Program-made: the position numbers and the translations under genes | From: Antedon mediterranea | Lineage: Eukaryota; Animalia; Echinodermata | Reading direction: 5' to 3' | Length of the DNA stretch: 64,000 bases | Assembly (NCBI RefSeq): GCF_964355755.1 | Contig: NC_092670.1 | Location: 33,158,388 to 33,222,387, forward strand | Notes under the pieces: model-generated | What the model saw: only the letters and a program-made list of their open reading frames with translations | Database searches by the model: none | Told to the model about the DNA's origin: nothing | Shown: positions 13,001 to 28,093 of the stretch, one piece after another | Layout: each line of letters opens with the position of its first letter | Position numbering within the stretch: the stretch's first letter is position 1

Positions 13001-16000
13001 TGGGTCTGGTGAAATGTGAGTAACATCTTCAGAATTATCGTCAGCATCTATTGCACATGAATAGTAAAGACTTGTTGTTGAAGATGATTCAGACTCAATT
13101 ATCCCATCTGATGGAAATTTCAATGTTGGTTCTTCTGTGTCTAATCAAATAGTATAAACTAATCATTCATTTAGGTTCATTGTACACATATTGCTCATTG
13201 TAAACTTGGTACATCTTTCGAGACGAGTAGGGGTTAGCCCGGTGTACTGATACTGATATTATATCACAACCACTGATCATAACTGGGCCATCTGAGAGAC
13301 TAGTATTTGACTGAAGAGGTCAGTGAGTATAAATTAATATTAACAAACAATACATACATATACACAACCCACAAAAAATGATAAAATATGTCACCAGGAA
13401 ATTAACAATATTATCTTCCACAAAAGCAACCTAAATTAATAGACTAAAATATCAATTTGCACCAACGATGATACTATATGGCTATTATTATCATGGTACA
13501 TAATGTACATGGTTATGTTATTATGTATACAGACTGATTGTCTTTACGCCATTAAACATTTAAAAACAAATCATCTTTCATAATGCTTTTAAATACGGTA
13601 CAGCTTTTCTAAAGATCAGAATAATTTTAATGGCATTTAAAAAAAATGTTTTCAGGTATCTTCTGTAAATGAACTTTTTCAACGCATAATTTAGTTGTTG
13701 GTTAAAAGTAATATCAAAATAAATGATGATATTACAAATATTTAAAAAAAAACGAACAAAGCAATTAACTTCCAATTTATTTGAGTATGTTTTTATATTA
13801 AAAATAAATATAAGTAATTAATTGTGTAAAAAATATATTAAAAAACTTGTATTAACTTTTGATATAATCACAAATATAAGAAATATACTATTAACAAAAC
13901 AACTGCATTCACTAACACATTATTTTCAGTTCTATGTTCTAATTGTGTATGTACCCACTTTTCTATTTTTAATATAAATAAAGATGAATATTTGATTGTA
14001 TTTGTATTTCCATCATCCTATAATGATTTATGGTTCAATTTGACATTGTTATCGTTAATTACTTTAAGAAATATTAATCAAAAATACATATCCAATAAGT
14101 CATTCAATTTGACACGTGAAAAATGTACAATAAATATTAAAGAAACATGAGTTCTTGTTAAGACTTATATAGCCTATTATGACCATACGTGTTAGCAATA
14201 TTCGTATTACAAAGTACATTAATTTCAGAGCGTATTTGCAATTTTCGAGACATAATTTTCAACCAAAATAATTTGAAAATTGACTTTAATAATGTTACGA
14301 TAAATAAATTCACAAAATTTTACATGTACACGGAAACACGTCTACCCTCAAATATTTTCTGTTACCGTAATTATAGTTTATAATTTAAAGAATTAAATTA
14401 ATAATAAGGAAATAAACAATGCATAATTAAAAGTGACCATTCTGACCTTCGACATTGATTTCAAAGGAACAATTTCCAGTTTTTTTAAACTCATCAGTAT
14501 AGTTGAACTTGAATTCATGTTTTCCAATGCCGAGCTTCACAGGAAATGCTTCAGAAGGAAGCGGTAAGATGTCCATTCCGTCTATTGTCAGTACGCTTCC
14601 ATTTACAAATACTGAGTCGGAGTAGTCAACAGATGCAATTGGGTATCCTACGTCAGTATGTACGGTATTGTCAGATGGACACATCAATACCGGCGTGTGA
14701 AGATGACGTGCTGTAGTTAGATAACAGTGTGTTTGTATTATACCATGGAGGTAATAAATAAATCTTATTAATGTTTGTTCATGACATAAACAATGGAATA
14801 ATAATTAATTGATTTACAAACTGGCTTCTGATATCTAAGAAATGTTCATATGTGAAATAGGATCAGTCGTTAATAGTAACGTTGTCTACACACGTTATGT
14901 AAAAAAAATGTTTTGCACCGAACCCTGAATGAGCAATATTGCCATACTATTTGAAATCGCAGCTACAGTAGATTTATATTAAACAAATTTACCAAAAGAG
15001 TTGAAGTTTTCAATTCAATGAGATAATATACAATTAATAAATCATTTCTGGCCTCTTTATCAGGCTTCCTGTATTTAAGATAGTAACCACAAAGTACCAC
15101 TTGTTACGTAAGTAGTATGTGTTTTCAATTGTTTTGCAGATATCTAAGAATAGAAATCAACTTACGTTCAACGTTTATTGTAAACGTACAACTGTTTGCA
15201 TTGTTGGATGAGTCTGTAACTGTAAACGTGTACACATACTCCTACTCCAATATTAGATGGGAATATTGAATTAGGAACTGGTGATATAACAAAGTCGTTT
15301 GAGTTGTCATTTGCAGTTATATCGGTGGAGTAGTCAACTGATATGGCGACTGTTGTCGTTTCTATAGTAACATTTGCAGGACATTCCACTGTAGGGGATT
15401 CCGTATCTGTCAAACAATTAACAACATTATGGACATTTCAAAGTGCGCATTAGTCAGTATCAACCTGTAATTTTAAAACGGAAGCGGCTGTCGCAATAAT
15501 GTATTGTATTTCACAAACCTTCAACCGTTACGGTAAAATTGCAGCTTCCTCTATTGTTATAAGCATCTGTAACATTGAATTCAAACAGGTATTTTCCAAT
15601 CGCAAGAAAAACGGGAAATACATCTACTGGATTCGGGGAGATTTCCAATGGTTCTTCTGAGTTGTCCGTTGCATTAATGTCGGCTGAATAGTCAACGGTG
15701 GCCGTTGGTATACCAAAATCAGTCACTATAATCAAATTGTCAGCCGGGCAGGTCAAAACGGGCTTTTCGGTATCTAAGAAACAAACAAATAAATATACGT
15801 ACATCCTCACAAATAATAATTTGGAAAGTGATACAATCTTAGACCAAAGTTTAAAATGTGTTTCTTCCATGAAAAAAAACAAACAATTTTTTAAACACCT
15901 TGGTCTCTATGGAATGAGAGCTATAATATATTTTTTCACGACATTTAATAGATTTAGAAGCCAATTTTTTTTTACAATTGGGGTTTCCAATGTACGCATG

Positions 16001-19000
16001 CGCAAGATCATATTCTAATAATTAAGATACACTAACCTTTGACAATTATTGTAAACCTACCTATAATTATCGTAACGATCGTAAACTTCAAAATGAAAAT
16101 GATGTTTTCCAATATCTAGATCACCGGGAAATATGTTGACAGGGTTCGGTACAATTGTAACGAAGTCAACAAAGAACTCCTCTACCGTCACTGAATAATG
16201 TACATTCACATATTCCGTGCCTAAAGCAGTGTCTATGGTCTCATTAGACGGACACATCATATTTGGTTTGTCAATATCTGGAGAAAATTATTGATAATAT
16301 CATAGTTAGCAAAACTGATATAAAATATTGTTTTATCAATGTGATGTGAATCTACTAAATGCAATATATTATCACTTACTCTTTTCACATATAGCTACCC
16401 ACATCGTTGAACACGGGTTATCATGCCAAGTACCTGTCGTAGGTTTAAAGAGTACAGCACAATCTTCTCCGTTAGATCCGTCGTTGGGTTCAACACCATT
16501 CCAATCTATAAAAAAAATTGAATTAGAATAGAGAAAATGTTTTCTATTGGTATTACGAACATCTAAGGAATTATAATAAGTGTAGACATGCATTTTAAAA
16601 ATATACAATATATTTATTATATTATATTTGTTGGTAGATTCTCAGGTCTTTTATATGATTCAAAAGTGAGTTTACTAATCTCATGTAGGTACATAATTAC
16701 CACAGACTAATGTAAGGGGTTCTGGTGATGGTTATGGCCTCTATGGTGTTATAGTGTTGGTATGATTTGTTTTGTTTATCCGCACTTAATAGTACGTTCT
16801 ATTAATCATCGAAACTTAGCGATATCAGATACAGATACAGATACAGATAACTTTTATTGTCCAAATAAACTGGAAATTGCATTTGCTCACGTATCATAAC
16901 AATACCATAGTGTATATAATGTACTGTATACAATTAATAGGTTTTACAATACTTAATACATACAAAATTATTGTGCACATGCGTGTTTTTTTTATATTTT
17001 ATTTTACGCAACGCAAGACTGTTGTGCGTTTGAAAATGGTGTAAAAACAATTATTTAATTCTAAACACTCCAAAAACCCTAGGAAAGATAAAATTCCATA
17101 ACGTAGTTAATATTGGTAAAGATGGGATCAATATAGTTTCACATTGTAAATATTTAGGTACTGTCTTGAAAACTTATTTGGACCCCCTATACATTTTACA
17201 TAATGCGCCAATTACGTAAATTTAATATTGATCCAAAAATTATAGAATTGTATGATATCCAGTGTGATTTTGTTTTGTAGTCTGGGGCGGTAGCCTTACA
17301 GCTAATTACATGGGTCTCTTAAACAGAATCCGTAAAACAAGGCCATATACATGGCTGCAGTCGCGTGCACAAATTAGTGTTTACCGACCGACTGACCGAC
17401 CAACCAACCAACTAACCGACTGACCGACCAACCAACCAACTAACCGACCGACCGACCGACCGAAATTGCTGAATATGTTTAAACATTTTAGAATTTTTTT
17501 AAAACATTTATACTTTTTTAATTTACACGTGCGTAGCCTGGCACTTTTGACCTGATCGTATAACGTAATTTCGAGTTGGAAAGTGAATCAAATATGATGA
17601 CGTTATTAAAGAAAGGTTGGAAAGCAGAAATCGGGCAAAAAGAGTGCATATTAACGTTTAACTCATTGCAATTTTTTAAACGCTTCAAATTTCCTGAAAC
17701 GTACTCTAATTGCATCGAAAATAAATTTGACAATTTAGAAAATGTTAAGCACACGTACGTATGCGTTATACACACTACGCACGTAATTATATTGCCATAT
17801 GATGAAATATGACCTGAAATTTATGAGTATCAATTTTATTTTTAATTGTGATTCATGCTTGTGAAGATATGATTACAAATGTGATTTTGTTAAATCGTGC
17901 GTAGACCGCGTAGTTTTTAATTGCGCACCCTGAGTCCTGGCTATAAGGAATATACTCTGAAAAAATGACTTAGCTAGATGAAACTTATATCAAGACAAGG
18001 CCATATACAAGTGAGTGTTTACCGACCGACCGACCGACATAGTGAGCTGTATAGTCCCGTTGCACGCGACTAAAAATCTAATAAATATAGCAAAGTTAAA
18101 CGTTGGCGACATCATGTCTAAATATGTATTTGTGATCCGAAAAATGGTAGAGCGTATACTCGCACAACCGTCTCATCCATTATTATTGGAATACGAATTT
18201 CTCCCATCATTAGTCCGTATTAGATCCCTTTACACCCGAACTGGTAGATATAACAAGTAATTTATTCCATCCATAACAATAAAACATCTAGATAAGATTA
18301 GTATAATGATAATTATATTATAGGATTTTTCTTTTTGCCTCTATGCTTTTGAATATTTTTTTTCATTATCGTGTTTTTTATGTTTTTTTATGCTTTTTTT
18401 ATATTTAATCTTAAGACGTTTTAAACATTTTTATATATTTGAAAATAAATGCTGTGATGCAAGCTGCGCATTCATTCGTTCAAAGCTGTCATGTGGGCGC
18501 CGTCTCTATTTGACAGAGAAGATTGTTATAAAAATGTGTTATAAAACATTTTAAAGCATTCCAATCTCGAACATTCAGTAGCATCATCACGTTTAGTATC
18601 GTTGTCGACCCAGTCGTATGTGTTATGCAAGTATTGTTTGGTAGAATAGATAAATGAAAGATAATGAAGACTTAGAAAAGCTTTAACTACAAATGGCACG
18701 TTATTTACCAAAGGCTCCACGATACACACCCTGCGAAGCCCTTTATGGTGATCTTGGTTCGAAAACAAAGTTATTAAGTTATTATTATTATTAAGTTAAT
18801 AGATTTATAGAAATGGATGTTGGTAGCTGGCCGAATATTGCTCTACACTGTATGGTACAAACTGATTGCAACTTAAATAACCTAAAGTATAAATTAAAGT
18901 AGTTGACTGATACATTTGACAAATGTACACATGGTGTGAACTTTTATGATAAAGTGTTTAATATCAATAATCTGTCGTTCACACCATTTTCTGTTAGGAA

Positions 19001-20529
19001 TATTGAACAAGCTTTGTCTAAAGCTTATAAATCAGAGTGGTCAAATAATTTACTGAACAAAACTTCTTTCAACATTTATTCCAAATTAAAACCCGAACCA
19101 AAATTAGAAAAAAAAATCTTCTAGACAAAACAAAATTCTATGGCGCCAGTCTAAAGTTTAAGGCTTGATAAAACATCCTACCTCTAGACTGTAAAACAAG
19201 TAAATGGTCAAACGAAACCACGATTTTGCACTCTATGTAATAATGGTGAATCTGAAGATATTAACAAATTTTATTGAACTGTAATGCTTTTGACGAAATC
19301 AGAAAAGAAGAATTAAGAAAACTAGAAAATGAATTGACAATTGTAATGATTTTGGCATCTGGACACAATATTTAAATGCAATGATGAAAGCAAACTAAGT
19401 TTTTTCTTAGGAGGAGAGTTTATTCTTCTCGCTTACAATTCTTACAGCGCATTAATTTGATAAATTTTGTAAAATATATTTAAGCTTGTCATGAAAGAAA
19501 CGGTCTTCGTTGAAATATTCCCATTGACTGTTTTGGTTGTATTGTTGCTTGTGTATAGTTTAATTTTCTTTTCGTTTCTTTTTTCTCTCATTATGTTTTC
19601 CTTCTTTTTGTTTCTTTTTCAAATTGTTATGTTTTGTTTTTGAACCGCTGCACCGCATGTTGTGAGTGCCACCGATCCAAAGGTGAATGGTACAATAAAT
19701 AAAAAAAATAAATATTATTTTATTGGGTAATCAATCTAGGCTACTGTTCACAAATATCTTCCTATTTACAAAATGTAAAAGTATCAAATCATTTAGGCCT
19801 ACTTGTATAGGTTGCACTCCTCCCCGACACCCACTGAAATTGGTTTTCTTTGTCTTTATCATTGTAGCCAATCCAAGCTCCATCTGATGTGGAATCTTCT
19901 TTAAATCGGTTAAGTATCCACGAGTTTTCTTCTTCACTTGAAATTTCAACCAAATCACCAACATTCTGGCGGCATATATCTCTTTTAGAATCCCAGCTAC
20001 CCCGTGAGTCGGAAACCCAGTAGCATTTTGAAAATACAGCATTGTAATGCCATCCAGTTGGACACCCTGAAAAGAAATGCACCGTCGCCTCGAAATGTTC
20101 TAGGTTATATCTACTTTTTGCAACCCGAACCCAGCATCACACACAAATATTTTTTTTTGACTAAGTATACTAACAGTTTATGTAGTGTATAACATTAAAT
20201 TAGTGGAAGATTTTTGAAGTTTACTTCAATTTAAAAGGATACAATACGAGTATATTTATGAATTCGTGAAATAATCACGACAAAAAATTTATATTGTTTA
20301 ATAACATGTATGGACGTCCGGCATGTGTGAAGGTAGGAGACCGAGACTTAGTATTAAAGCATGCAGCAGCATTAGCATTTATCTCTCGACTTGACTATGG
20401 CTTAATCACAGCAATGTTGTTGATCACAAAACATAATCCTCGTCTTTAGATACTCTACTCACCAGCATCACAGATGACGTAATGTGTAACAACCAAAATT
20501 GAAAGTAATGCAAGTCCTCTTGGTCCCAT
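7717..20529 (-). CDS. Gene A: adhesion GPCR-like receptor, SP - C-type lectin - 5 HYR exons (2 disrupted) - GAIN/GPS - 7TM; about 904 aa if the broken exons are skipped, otherwise a pseudogene
   Basis: Exons: 20463-20529 (MGPRGLALLSILVVTHYVICDA), 19803-20066, 16380-16505 (CTL), HYR 16037-16277 (241 nt, broken), 15519-15773, 15166-15406 (241 nt, broken), 14447-14710, 12850-13140; then 12429-12433, 12071-12182, 11788-11889, 11222-11306, 10970-11090, 10710-10774, 10344-10455 (GPS HLTSFSVLM), 9982-10085, 9778-9883, 9024-9244, 8804-8870, 8436-8539, 8152-8320, 7717-7791. It is an exon-for-exon paralog of gene B. Confidence 0.82.
10790..10945 (+). repeat. Interspersed SINE-like 3' fragment; related copy at about 13190-13345
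   Basis: Shared sequence tgatcataactgggcc..agac.agt.tttgactgaagagg..agtataaat. Confidence 0.55.
17334..18076 (-). mobile_element. HINE/DINE-1-like (Helentron-associated) non-autonomous element
   Basis: Inverted agtcgcgtg/cacgcgact motifs, (GTCG)n microsatellite, 3' hairpin and T-rich insertion site. It is homologous to 44866-45567. Confidence 0.7.
18100..18450 (+). mobile_element. Degenerate LINE 3' fragment
   Basis: ILAQPSHPLLLEYEFLPS..R..RT.RY..FIP is a typical L2/CR1/Rex-type ORF2 C-terminus, followed by a T-rich UTR and aataaa. Confidence 0.5.
18810..19715 (+). mobile_element. Degenerate LINE 3' fragment with C-terminal CCHC-like motif
   Basis: Frameshifted ..LKFKA..LPL..KW..CTLCNNGESED..FLLNC..F..IR, followed by an aataaa/A-rich tail. 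Confidence 0.6.
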
Positions 20530-21799
20530 TTTTACACACATTCAGAAAGCTATATATTAAAAAGCACGGTTTAAAAAAATAGTAATTGGCATCTTTCGTT
20601 GCTCTTGAATATTATAACTAGCGTATACAATACCGACATGCCTGGACTCTTAGTAGAGAATAATGTTGAAGAGTTTAACATCTACTGTAATTCCACAACG
20701 CATTGAGACGACATTCTTTGGAAAATGCGCTATATAATAAATAAATTAACATTAAACAAAGTAATACAGCACTACGATATATACAATATAATTTTACCTA
20801 AAAGGTAACCTACATGAATAAATCGAAAAATGATCATGATCAAACGACAGCACGTTTTACCTGTCAAAGAATGGTATTAAATGACACCTGAATAGTGCCG
20901 TACTATTGGTACAATGAATCTCCGCATGTTACCATAGTTTCTCGTTTACACGTCACGAGAAGCATTTATTAAAACGAAATAATAATCTACAAGGCAGTAA
21001 TATCCAATGATAATAATATTAATTGTACTTGTATTGCTTGTATTAAAATCGTTTGCACTGTACATCAATTTAAATTATAATAAATAGCTGATACTTTACA
21101 GGCCTAATTAGTGCTGGAAATGAACACATGATTGCAGTGCAAGCATGATCTAAAGTAAAGACTCTATTTTAGATCAAAAGAAATTGTAACGCAATTATTG
21201 GAAAGCAACAATATTTAAAGAATGTTGAAATAATATAATCCAATTCATTGTTGGTTCCGAATGGAGGAAGTTTTTAGATGTCAATAAGCGAAAGTACAAC
21301 CAAAATGGATATAGTAGCGCACAGTAGTGGTTAACAAAATCATATTTATTATCACGGTGCGCAAGTACAACAACATAATGCACAGGTTAGATATAATAAT
21401 AGGATTTTTTTTTCACCAGAGGAATGACATGAATATTCAAACTAAACTAAGCTTTGTATGTTTGTTTGAGAATGGAAATTAACAACGAAAGAATATTTTT
21501 ATGAATGCATATTTACTTACCCACATTAATATAATATGAATTAGTACATATTTTCGCCACATTCTATACTGTGTCAACTCCGGTTCGTTTATTGCGTGAA
21601 AACTAAATGAATCTTTTAGTGAAATGTTTATCCTTATTAATTTGTACGATAATATTTATCATTCAACATGATGTAAATTACCGTTTCTAATTTAAAATTA
21701 TTAAATTTCTCCAATCTAATGTATACAGTAATTTCAAAATGTTGTATCAAATATCAAATGTGTAGTCATATAATTAAGTTTTTTTCATTTATTTATTGC

Positions 21800-22070
21800 C
21801 AGTCCGCCTGATAGTCTGATGACTTTCCCTCCTCGGCTTCTTTGCTTATATCTCGGTTATATTTTCTCCAGTCCTGTCTGTTTTTCTGCTATTCTCCGAA
21901 TCGTTTATTCTATTGATCCTAGGGGATCGTGGTCGTTCTCTATACTTTTGTTGATTGTATTTTTCAAAATAATAGTTTATTACTTTATTGGCTGGGACTT
22001 CCTTTTGCAATCTGAGGATGTGTCCGTATATGTTCAATGATATTGGTCTTGCCTTACACCTATCGTATAA
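21800..22070 (-). mobile_element. RTE-like LINE 3' fragment
   Basis: YGHILRL..VPANK..Y..RERPR, a typical RTE ORF C-terminus. Confidence 0.45.
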
Positions 22071-22077
22071 TTTTATG

Positions 22078-22460
22078 TTTTTAGTCGTGTGGACGCGACT
22101 CTATAGTTCACTATGTCGGTCGGTCTGTCGGTCGGTCCGGTATCACTATGCGTTTTATCGCTTTTCTGTACTTTTTGAACTGTTTTGATGTACATACAAG
22201 TTTTAACTATGTCGGTCGGTCTGTCGGTCTGTCGGTCGGTCCAGTATCACTATGCGTTTTATCGCTTTTCTGTACTTTTTGAACTGTTTTGATGTACATA
22301 CAAGTTTTAACTATGTCGGTCGGTCTGTCGGTCGGTCGGTCGGTCTGTCGGGTATCACTTTGCGTTTTTCTGTACTTTTTGAATTGTTTTGATGTACAGA
22401 AAAGTTTTAAAGTACATTACTTTTGAAAGTTCATTTTTTTCTGAGAGCACGCGACTGTTG
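22078..22460 (+). mobile_element. HINE-like element with about 100-bp core repeated 3 times
   Basis: Same 5' end (ttagtcgtgtggacgcgactctatag), a tandem ctatgtcggtcggtc..gatgtacatacaagtttta unit, and cacgcgact near the end. Confidence 0.7.
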
Positions 22461-24349
22461 CTTCCGATTAAATATATCGAGTTTTCGTTCTTCTTCTTTT
22501 GTTAATCACAATGTTGGCGAGTTATACGATAGTATTGGTTTAACTAAGGCATTGTATAACTTTAGTCGAACTTTTTCTTTAACTTTGTCCTTTCGTATCC
22601 ATATATTATGCAAACGGTGAAATGTTACTGACGCGAGTTGCTTGCGGCGTGTGATATCTTCGCTAGCTCCCAGAAGTGATCCTATTTTTTTTCCTCCAAA
22701 TTCTTCCTTTTTGTCTCGTTTTATTATGTTCAGTTTTATCTCAGGTTAAACTTTAACATATGTTGTTCAATATCATCTATGTTGTTTCTTTTCTTTATGT
22801 TTTGTTATTAATTCAATTCAATTCATATTTTCTGCTACAAATTCATCCTCAAAAATATAAATCAAGCGCTGGTTACTATTAATGTTGTATTAATTATTCT
22901 ATTACAAATAATGAAAATAATAATACAGACATCTTGTTTGAAATATTAATATACAAATAATTTTATTATAAAACAAACACGTGGTGATGACATAATCAAT
23001 GATATCATGGAAAATATTTCAAATAAGAAGAAATTGTGCTATATTATGTTTAAATGTTTTAATGGAAATGTACCTCTAACGCAATTAGTGGAAATCAACG
23101 ATATTTAAAGAACTTTGACATAGAATCTAAAACATCGTTTTAGATGTCAATATATTCATTTCAGCCAAGGGATCCAATACTTCCAAAAGGGGTTGTTTAA
23201 CTGTTTCTGAAAGGATTCATAGTAAACATCTTTACAAAAGTATTAAAAATTGAATATAATCTCAAAATTTGAGTCAGTTGCTGCAGTTGGCAAAATTAGC
23301 TGACGCGGTACAAGTAGACGTAACAAATAAATAAATCCTCATGAATAAATTAACTGTCCCATCTTCAATAATATAATAATAATGTTTGTTAAAGAACTGT
23401 TACTATCCTGTACTTTAAACTTGCTAAACTGACTGATTATGCTAGGGGCCCTCATGAGACAAGCTATTGCTTCTAGTGCGGGCCCCAGTTGTTAATAACT
23501 GAATAAATGTGTATTATGATGATGGGAAAAATGGCTACGCCTGTCTAGAAGGTCTACGCTGGTTGTATTGTACCGGTACTGTACATTGCAGTGAAAATAC
23601 TAATAAACTGATACTGTACTGGAAACTAAACATGATGACATCACCTCCAACTCTTTATGAATATAAGCAGAGCAAACAGAAACAAAAAACAATCATGTGA
23701 AAGTAATATGTAAATTAGGTGACCTACTGAGTAAAAAGCAAGTAACCAATCTTGAAAAACTTACTCAAGCATCCATATTTTATATAAATAACAATAATTA
23801 TCTACAATTTTGTTTCAACATCTTAGTATGTTTTTATTCCGTTTAAGACCGGGCTTATTATCCTAAATTGATTTAAAATGGTAAATATGCATTTTCTGCT
23901 TTTAATGTCTGGGTTTGGTAATGCATTAAAACGTCAGTTTGACAGCAACAATGATTTATTTTAAAAAAAACAGTTTCGATCACACCTCTACTAGCTTACT
24001 AATTCATCAATAACATAATTTTGTGATTTAAAAACACATGATTGAACAACATCAAATTTTAGTAGAATGTAATGATTTGATTGTAGTATTACTGGTGCTT
24101 TTTAACCATATCTTATGTCTTATGGACATACTAATTTTTATTAAATGTGAATTTCATTGTCACGTTTAAATAGTTTTGTGTCGTATGGTGCCTCGCACGT
24201 TTATAGAGTTGTGTGGTGTGTGATGCCTCACACTGTTGATACAATAGTGCAGTTACACTGAACTCCATGTATCGCAATTAACATGGTTAGGTGGGTTGAT
24301 GAATTCAATGAATATCATGCCACAATTTTTCAACGCAGGTACCATACAA

Positions 24350-27300
24350 TTATGTCATTGTTGACGTAGTAATTTGGTTCCTCTTAAACCTCTTCTTAAA
24401 GCATTCGTTTGTCTATTCAAAGTAAGAAAAACATATCGGTATCACACGTACGTAATTGAAGTAAATTTAAAATACCATAAAACCTTGAAAAGAAGCCCAT
24501 GGGCGTAAACCTCGAAAAGAAGCCCATCTCAAAAAGAAGCCCCCCTCTACAGTTTGCAAAAGTACTCTCGAAAAGAAGCCCATCTCGAAATGAAGCCCCT
24601 GGGCTTCTTTTCAAGATAGTATGGGTTTCATTTCGAGATAGACTACTCATACTGTATTGAGATGATGACGAAATTATTGTATTTGACGGTGAATAATAGG
24701 ACTGTTTTTTTTGCTTTTTATATTGTTTTTTAATTGGTATATTAAACATAATTTCATGGTTTAAATAATTTCTCAAAAGGCCTAGTAGAAATTCAAAACA
24801 TTTAAAGAATTCATTTCGAAAAGAAGCCCCCCTCTACAGTTTGCAAAAGTATTCTCGAAAAGAAGCCCATCTCAAAAAGAAGCCCATCTCAAAAAGAAGC
24901 CCACCCACGAGCACTAAAAAAAGAAGAAGCCCATGGGCTTCTTTTCAAGGTTTTACGGTATATAGGTAGTCTTATAGCAGGTCTAATACAAAGTTAGCCT
25001 CACAACAGTGTGATGATCGTCGTTACAACAATTGTGGTGTTGGTGGTTGTGATATGGGTGATTAAGATTATTTGCTATATCAACTCAAATGTTATGAGTT
25101 CATATGCTTCAACACTGTAAAAATAATTCCACTCCCAAAGACTTAATACACAATATATTATGTAATGTTTACCATGTGCAACCTATTCTATAGCACAGTA
25201 CTAACAGTAGAATTAAATAAAAGTATTGTAGTACTAAAATAATGCTAATAATACCTCGTGATCAAATAAACAGAAAATGATAAAAAAAAATATGCCTTGG
25301 CATCCGTTCAACACGTTGAATATATAATCAATAAATGTTGTATCAGAACTGACAGCGAATGGTCCAATGAGCCACGTGGTACCCATTAAAGGTAGAAGCA
25401 TTGCAGTTCCTTTGGCTGCTTTCCTGTAACATTTCAAAGAAAAAACATTAATTGAATTCTAACGTATAAATTCTAAAATGTAGAATATGCCCAAATATGG
25501 TATTGGTATGACCAAATATCGTATTTTCCATATATTTTTGTCAGATTGATAGGGTATATACTTTAGAGCTACGAACAACAACAACATTTTAAGTTGTAAC
25601 TTTAAAATGATAAACTCTAACCTCAACTGTTTAAGTTTAGTTTTCTCTCTTGTTGATTTTCCTACCATATGACCAGATCGTTTGTATATTGTCAAGACAA
25701 CATAGATCATAATAGCTGTATTAATCTTAAAAAAAAAGATTGATGACTACACACCTTATTTTGGGTTTAAGTATCAAAGTTTGAATTTCATATTAACATA
25801 ACTCTATGGAGTAAATTCAATAAAGTCACTGTGAACTCATTTAGCGTTTGCTTTAATAACGGGTTACGTTTATCTACTGGAATCGACTAGTATAATAGGG
25901 CAAGTATGATGTTTGTAACGAATAACGTTCCCTCATTTTATGAATATCGGAATAACTCAATACATAGTTTTAAGAACAGAATTCATGACAGTTGACTAGT
26001 CTGATTCAAACCATAGTTAACATCCTTTCACAATCCAACCTACATCAGCGTTGATGCAAATTGATATTTTATGATTTTGTAAGTTGGTTTTGTGGAAGTT
26101 GCTTATATTGTTAATTTCCTGGTGGAATGGTTTCTCCTTTTGTTTTTTTTGTTTGATTTTTATATATAAAGAAAATGAATAAATGAATAATTTACTTGCT
26201 GCGTATCAGATTAGACTTGCCTCAAGTCTTAGTTATAGTTTTTTATGTTAGCCGATTTTTGCCTAAAAATACGAGCTCAATTAGTATACGTATGAAACGC
26301 CATATGTGCCCAAATATGCATATTTTTAGATAAACACTCCGTCTAGAACCTAGTATACGTAGTAGGTATTCATAGTATTTACAGCAGTTTGACATCCAGT
26401 CATGCTTCATTGCTTGTCATGATCATATTTGTCTACAAAACGTTGGCCTACAACAACCAAGGCAAAGTTTTTTGCTCTCATCAATAATCGTGCAGACGAC
26501 GATTTACACTGCATAGTACGTAAAAGGTCTTACGAGAAGCGTTGACATTCGGTTCGTGTCTTTCTAATTACCCACGAATTACAGTGTTTTGAAATTGTAA
26601 GTGAAAGACGGTATAATCTAAACAAGTTATTTTGCCAATAACCATACAGCTTGTCACACTGGTTCTTACCAAGGCAATGCAGGTAGCGGGTGCTACAAAC
26701 GTCCATATCATACCTGTTTCTGGACTAAGCCAACATCTAGATTTAGAATTCAAAATTAAAATGAGAAAGCATCATTACAAATGTAAAATACTCTAAAAAA
26801 GTGGAAATTAGAGTTTAGATAAAGGACATTGATGCATTGGTCATCACTGTTCATACAGAGAATAGAAATAACTTACATTATATCGACATCTAACTTAGAA
26901 GAAAACGCCCCAATAGAAATCGCTACGATAACAAAGGAAATTCCATAACAGAACACTAAATAATATCGAAGTAGGTAGAAGTTGGCGTTACTTGACATAG
27001 AAACCTTAGACAGCAAGTATACTGCTTCTGCGCACATCCAAGTGAATGTATTAAGTGATGAAAAATGGAGGAGAATGCTTATACATTTACACACAATCTG
27101 AAAAAAAAAAATTTTTTCAGGTATACTTTATTAAAATCAAAATTCAATAGCATAACAAACAAGAAGAAAAAGGCTGAAAACGGCTCACACACATAATCAA
27201 TTACAACATACAATAATATCGGCAATAGTCAGGAGATCTTTTAAAACGCTCATAAAAAAGTTTACTTTGATTATTTAAGTACAAAATGAGGAAACATGTA

Positions 27301-28093
27301 GCGAAACAAATTAGAAACAATAATGTTTTTACCCAAGGACAGATATTTACTGTAGTACAAGTACAAAAGAAACACTTTAACAGTTTGGAGTTGTTTGTGT
27401 TTAAACAGATGGCGCTGTTTCTAATGTACAGTATTAAGAGCCTATTTAATCGTCGTTTCTGCAATGCAACAGCACATAATGTACACTAACAAATGTTGAA
27501 ACATTTGTATCTTGTTTAACACCTGAACTCATTATCAATATTATCAAAATTATCATAAATAATAACCATGGATTTATTTAAACACAATTGAACAGTATTG
27601 CAAAATAGAACTTCGACTTCATTAAGAAAAACATAGATGAACTATCATACTAATATTACCTCATTTTCTGTTTCGTCGATTCCAAATATGAACAGAGATT
27701 GCATTATAAGCATATTTATGACCAGGTTCTTGTGAATTGAATTGCGCACAGATTTCAACAATTCTCTAAGAATGTAATATAACAGTGTAAAAGTATATTT
27801 GTTTTCGCCTTCTATAACTTATTTTATGGTCTTATTCTTTGTATTTGTAAACTATATAATTGTATTTTTTTTTTTTTTTTTTTATATATAATTGTATTCT
27901 GCTTCAATGTAACACAAGTCATAATATCAAGTTTTTTATATTGGTATACATATTAGATTTGATACAATTTAGTTATAAATAGAAAAACTTACGAAAATGA
28001 GAAGTAAATGATGAGTGTTATCGTCAGAGCAATGACTGATAGTGATATACACACTGTTGTCATTGAATTCAATAATTTACTGTTTTCAGAAAT
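24350..28093 (-). CDS. 7TM exons of gene B
   Basis: Same motifs and exon lengths as gene A (101/106/221/67/104/169/63 nt). ORF-track fragments 25234-25437, 26568-26753 and 26873-27094 overlap them. Confidence 0.9.

Noticed and set aside
24417-24776. 119-aa ORF adjacent to gene B's last exon
   Set aside because: It lies mostly within a MITE built from gaaaagaagccc repeats and has no protein-family signal.
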